A stretch of 42,965 nucleotides of DNA from a virus (taxonomy: Duplodnaviria > Heunggongvirae > Uroviricota > Caudoviricetes): IMG/VR virus record IMGVR_UViG_2687453530_000006, positions 1 to 42,965 of that record, one strand, 5' to 3'. The notes beneath the pieces are model-generated. The model was not told the DNA's origin and did not search any database. It saw nothing but the letters and a program-made list of their open reading frames with translations. A program made the translations under genes and the position numbers. Below, piece after piece: positions 42,390 through 42,965 of this stretch (position 1 is its first letter; each line of letters starts with the position of its first letter).

Positions 42390-42965
42390 TCAATATCCGT
42401 TCTTCAGATAATCCAGTATTAATTTGCTATTTTTTAGCTGTGCAACTATCGATTCCAAAGACATCTCACCATTGTGATCTGCCTGTTCCCATGCCGCGTC
42501 ATGGCTCATGGTTCTGATAGCTTCAAAGGACATGTTTCCAAGCATCGCGATAGACTTATCAATACACTCTAAATCTGAGTCACTAAAAAAGTCTTCATCA
42601 GCTTCACGGCTCGGCACAATCGTCATACCTGATACAGAAAATGCTTTTCGCACAGAATCGACATCACAACCATTAGGAATGTAACGTCCATCTCCACGAG
42701 CAATTTTTATAATATCGTATGTGTTGCTTGCTACAGGCCCATCCTTCATAGCGTTATAGTGATCGCCCGTTATGAGGCGTCCAAAACTTTCAAGGTGAAA
42801 CCTGTCAGCATAATAAAGAATTTTTCCGACATGATAGATATCTGGGATCGGTGCTTTAGAGGCGACGTACAGAATGGCCTCTAAAGCCTTTTCTGAATCA
42901 AACCTTACATTTAGCATCAATACACCCTTCATCCAAACAACATCGTCAAGCTCTGGCAAATGCAA
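42390..42965 (-). CDS. Panacea-domain (DUF4065) protein, putative antitoxin; 5' end at or beyond the window edge
   Basis: 191-aa ORF reaching the window boundary; KALEAILYVASKAP...VGKILYYADRFHLESFGRLITGDHYNAMKDGPVASNTYDII fits the Panacea domain pattern as recalled. Confidence 0.55.
   Translation of the reverse strand: MHLPELDDVVWMKGVLMLNVRFDSEKALEAILYVASKAPIPDIYHVGKILYYADRFHLESFGRLITGDHYNAMKDGPVASNTYDIIKIARGDGRYIPNGCDVDSVRKAFSVSGMTIVPSREADEDFFSDSDLECIDKSIAMLGNMSFEAIRTMSHDAAWEQADHNGEMSLESIVAQLKNSKLILDYLKNGY

Overview
The window is almost entirely one lambdoid prophage of an Enterobacteriaceae (E. coli-like) host, lying in the opposite orientation to the conventional lambda map and continuing past both window edges. 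No integrase, att site, tRNA, rRNA, CRISPR array or IS element was found. All homology calls are from reading the translated ORFs and recalling known protein families; no database search was run. Positions 426-23976 (minus strand) carry a lambda-type late/structural module (tfa, stf, lom, J, I, K, L, M, H, G/GT, V, U, Z, FII, FI, E, D, C/Nu3, B, W, A, Nu1), followed by a cos site whose 12-nt cohesive end matches lambda cosN at 24154-24165. Next come two lambda right-end ORFs, a phage-21-type lysis pair (pinholin plus SAR endolysin) with no spanin genes, and a DPPY DNA methyltransferase at the head of the late region. The most interesting element is an AT-rich two-gene cassette at 27589-29001 (313-aa soluble protein plus 153-aa four-helix membrane protein), convergent with Q and architecturally like lambda RexA/RexB; I propose it as a candidate uncharacterised abortive-infection module. 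Beyond Q lie a nin-like early region (DUF968, KilA-N, RusA, LexA-N-domain-only protein, Dam methylase), a replication initiator with internal iterons, cII-like, cro-like and cI (S24 repressor) genes, a two-helix membrane moron convergent with cI, a pL-type operon resembling the E. coli CPS-53 yfdP-yfdS block with a DEDD exonuclease and an excisionase-like gene, and a Panacea-domain toxin-antitoxin-like pair at the right edge.
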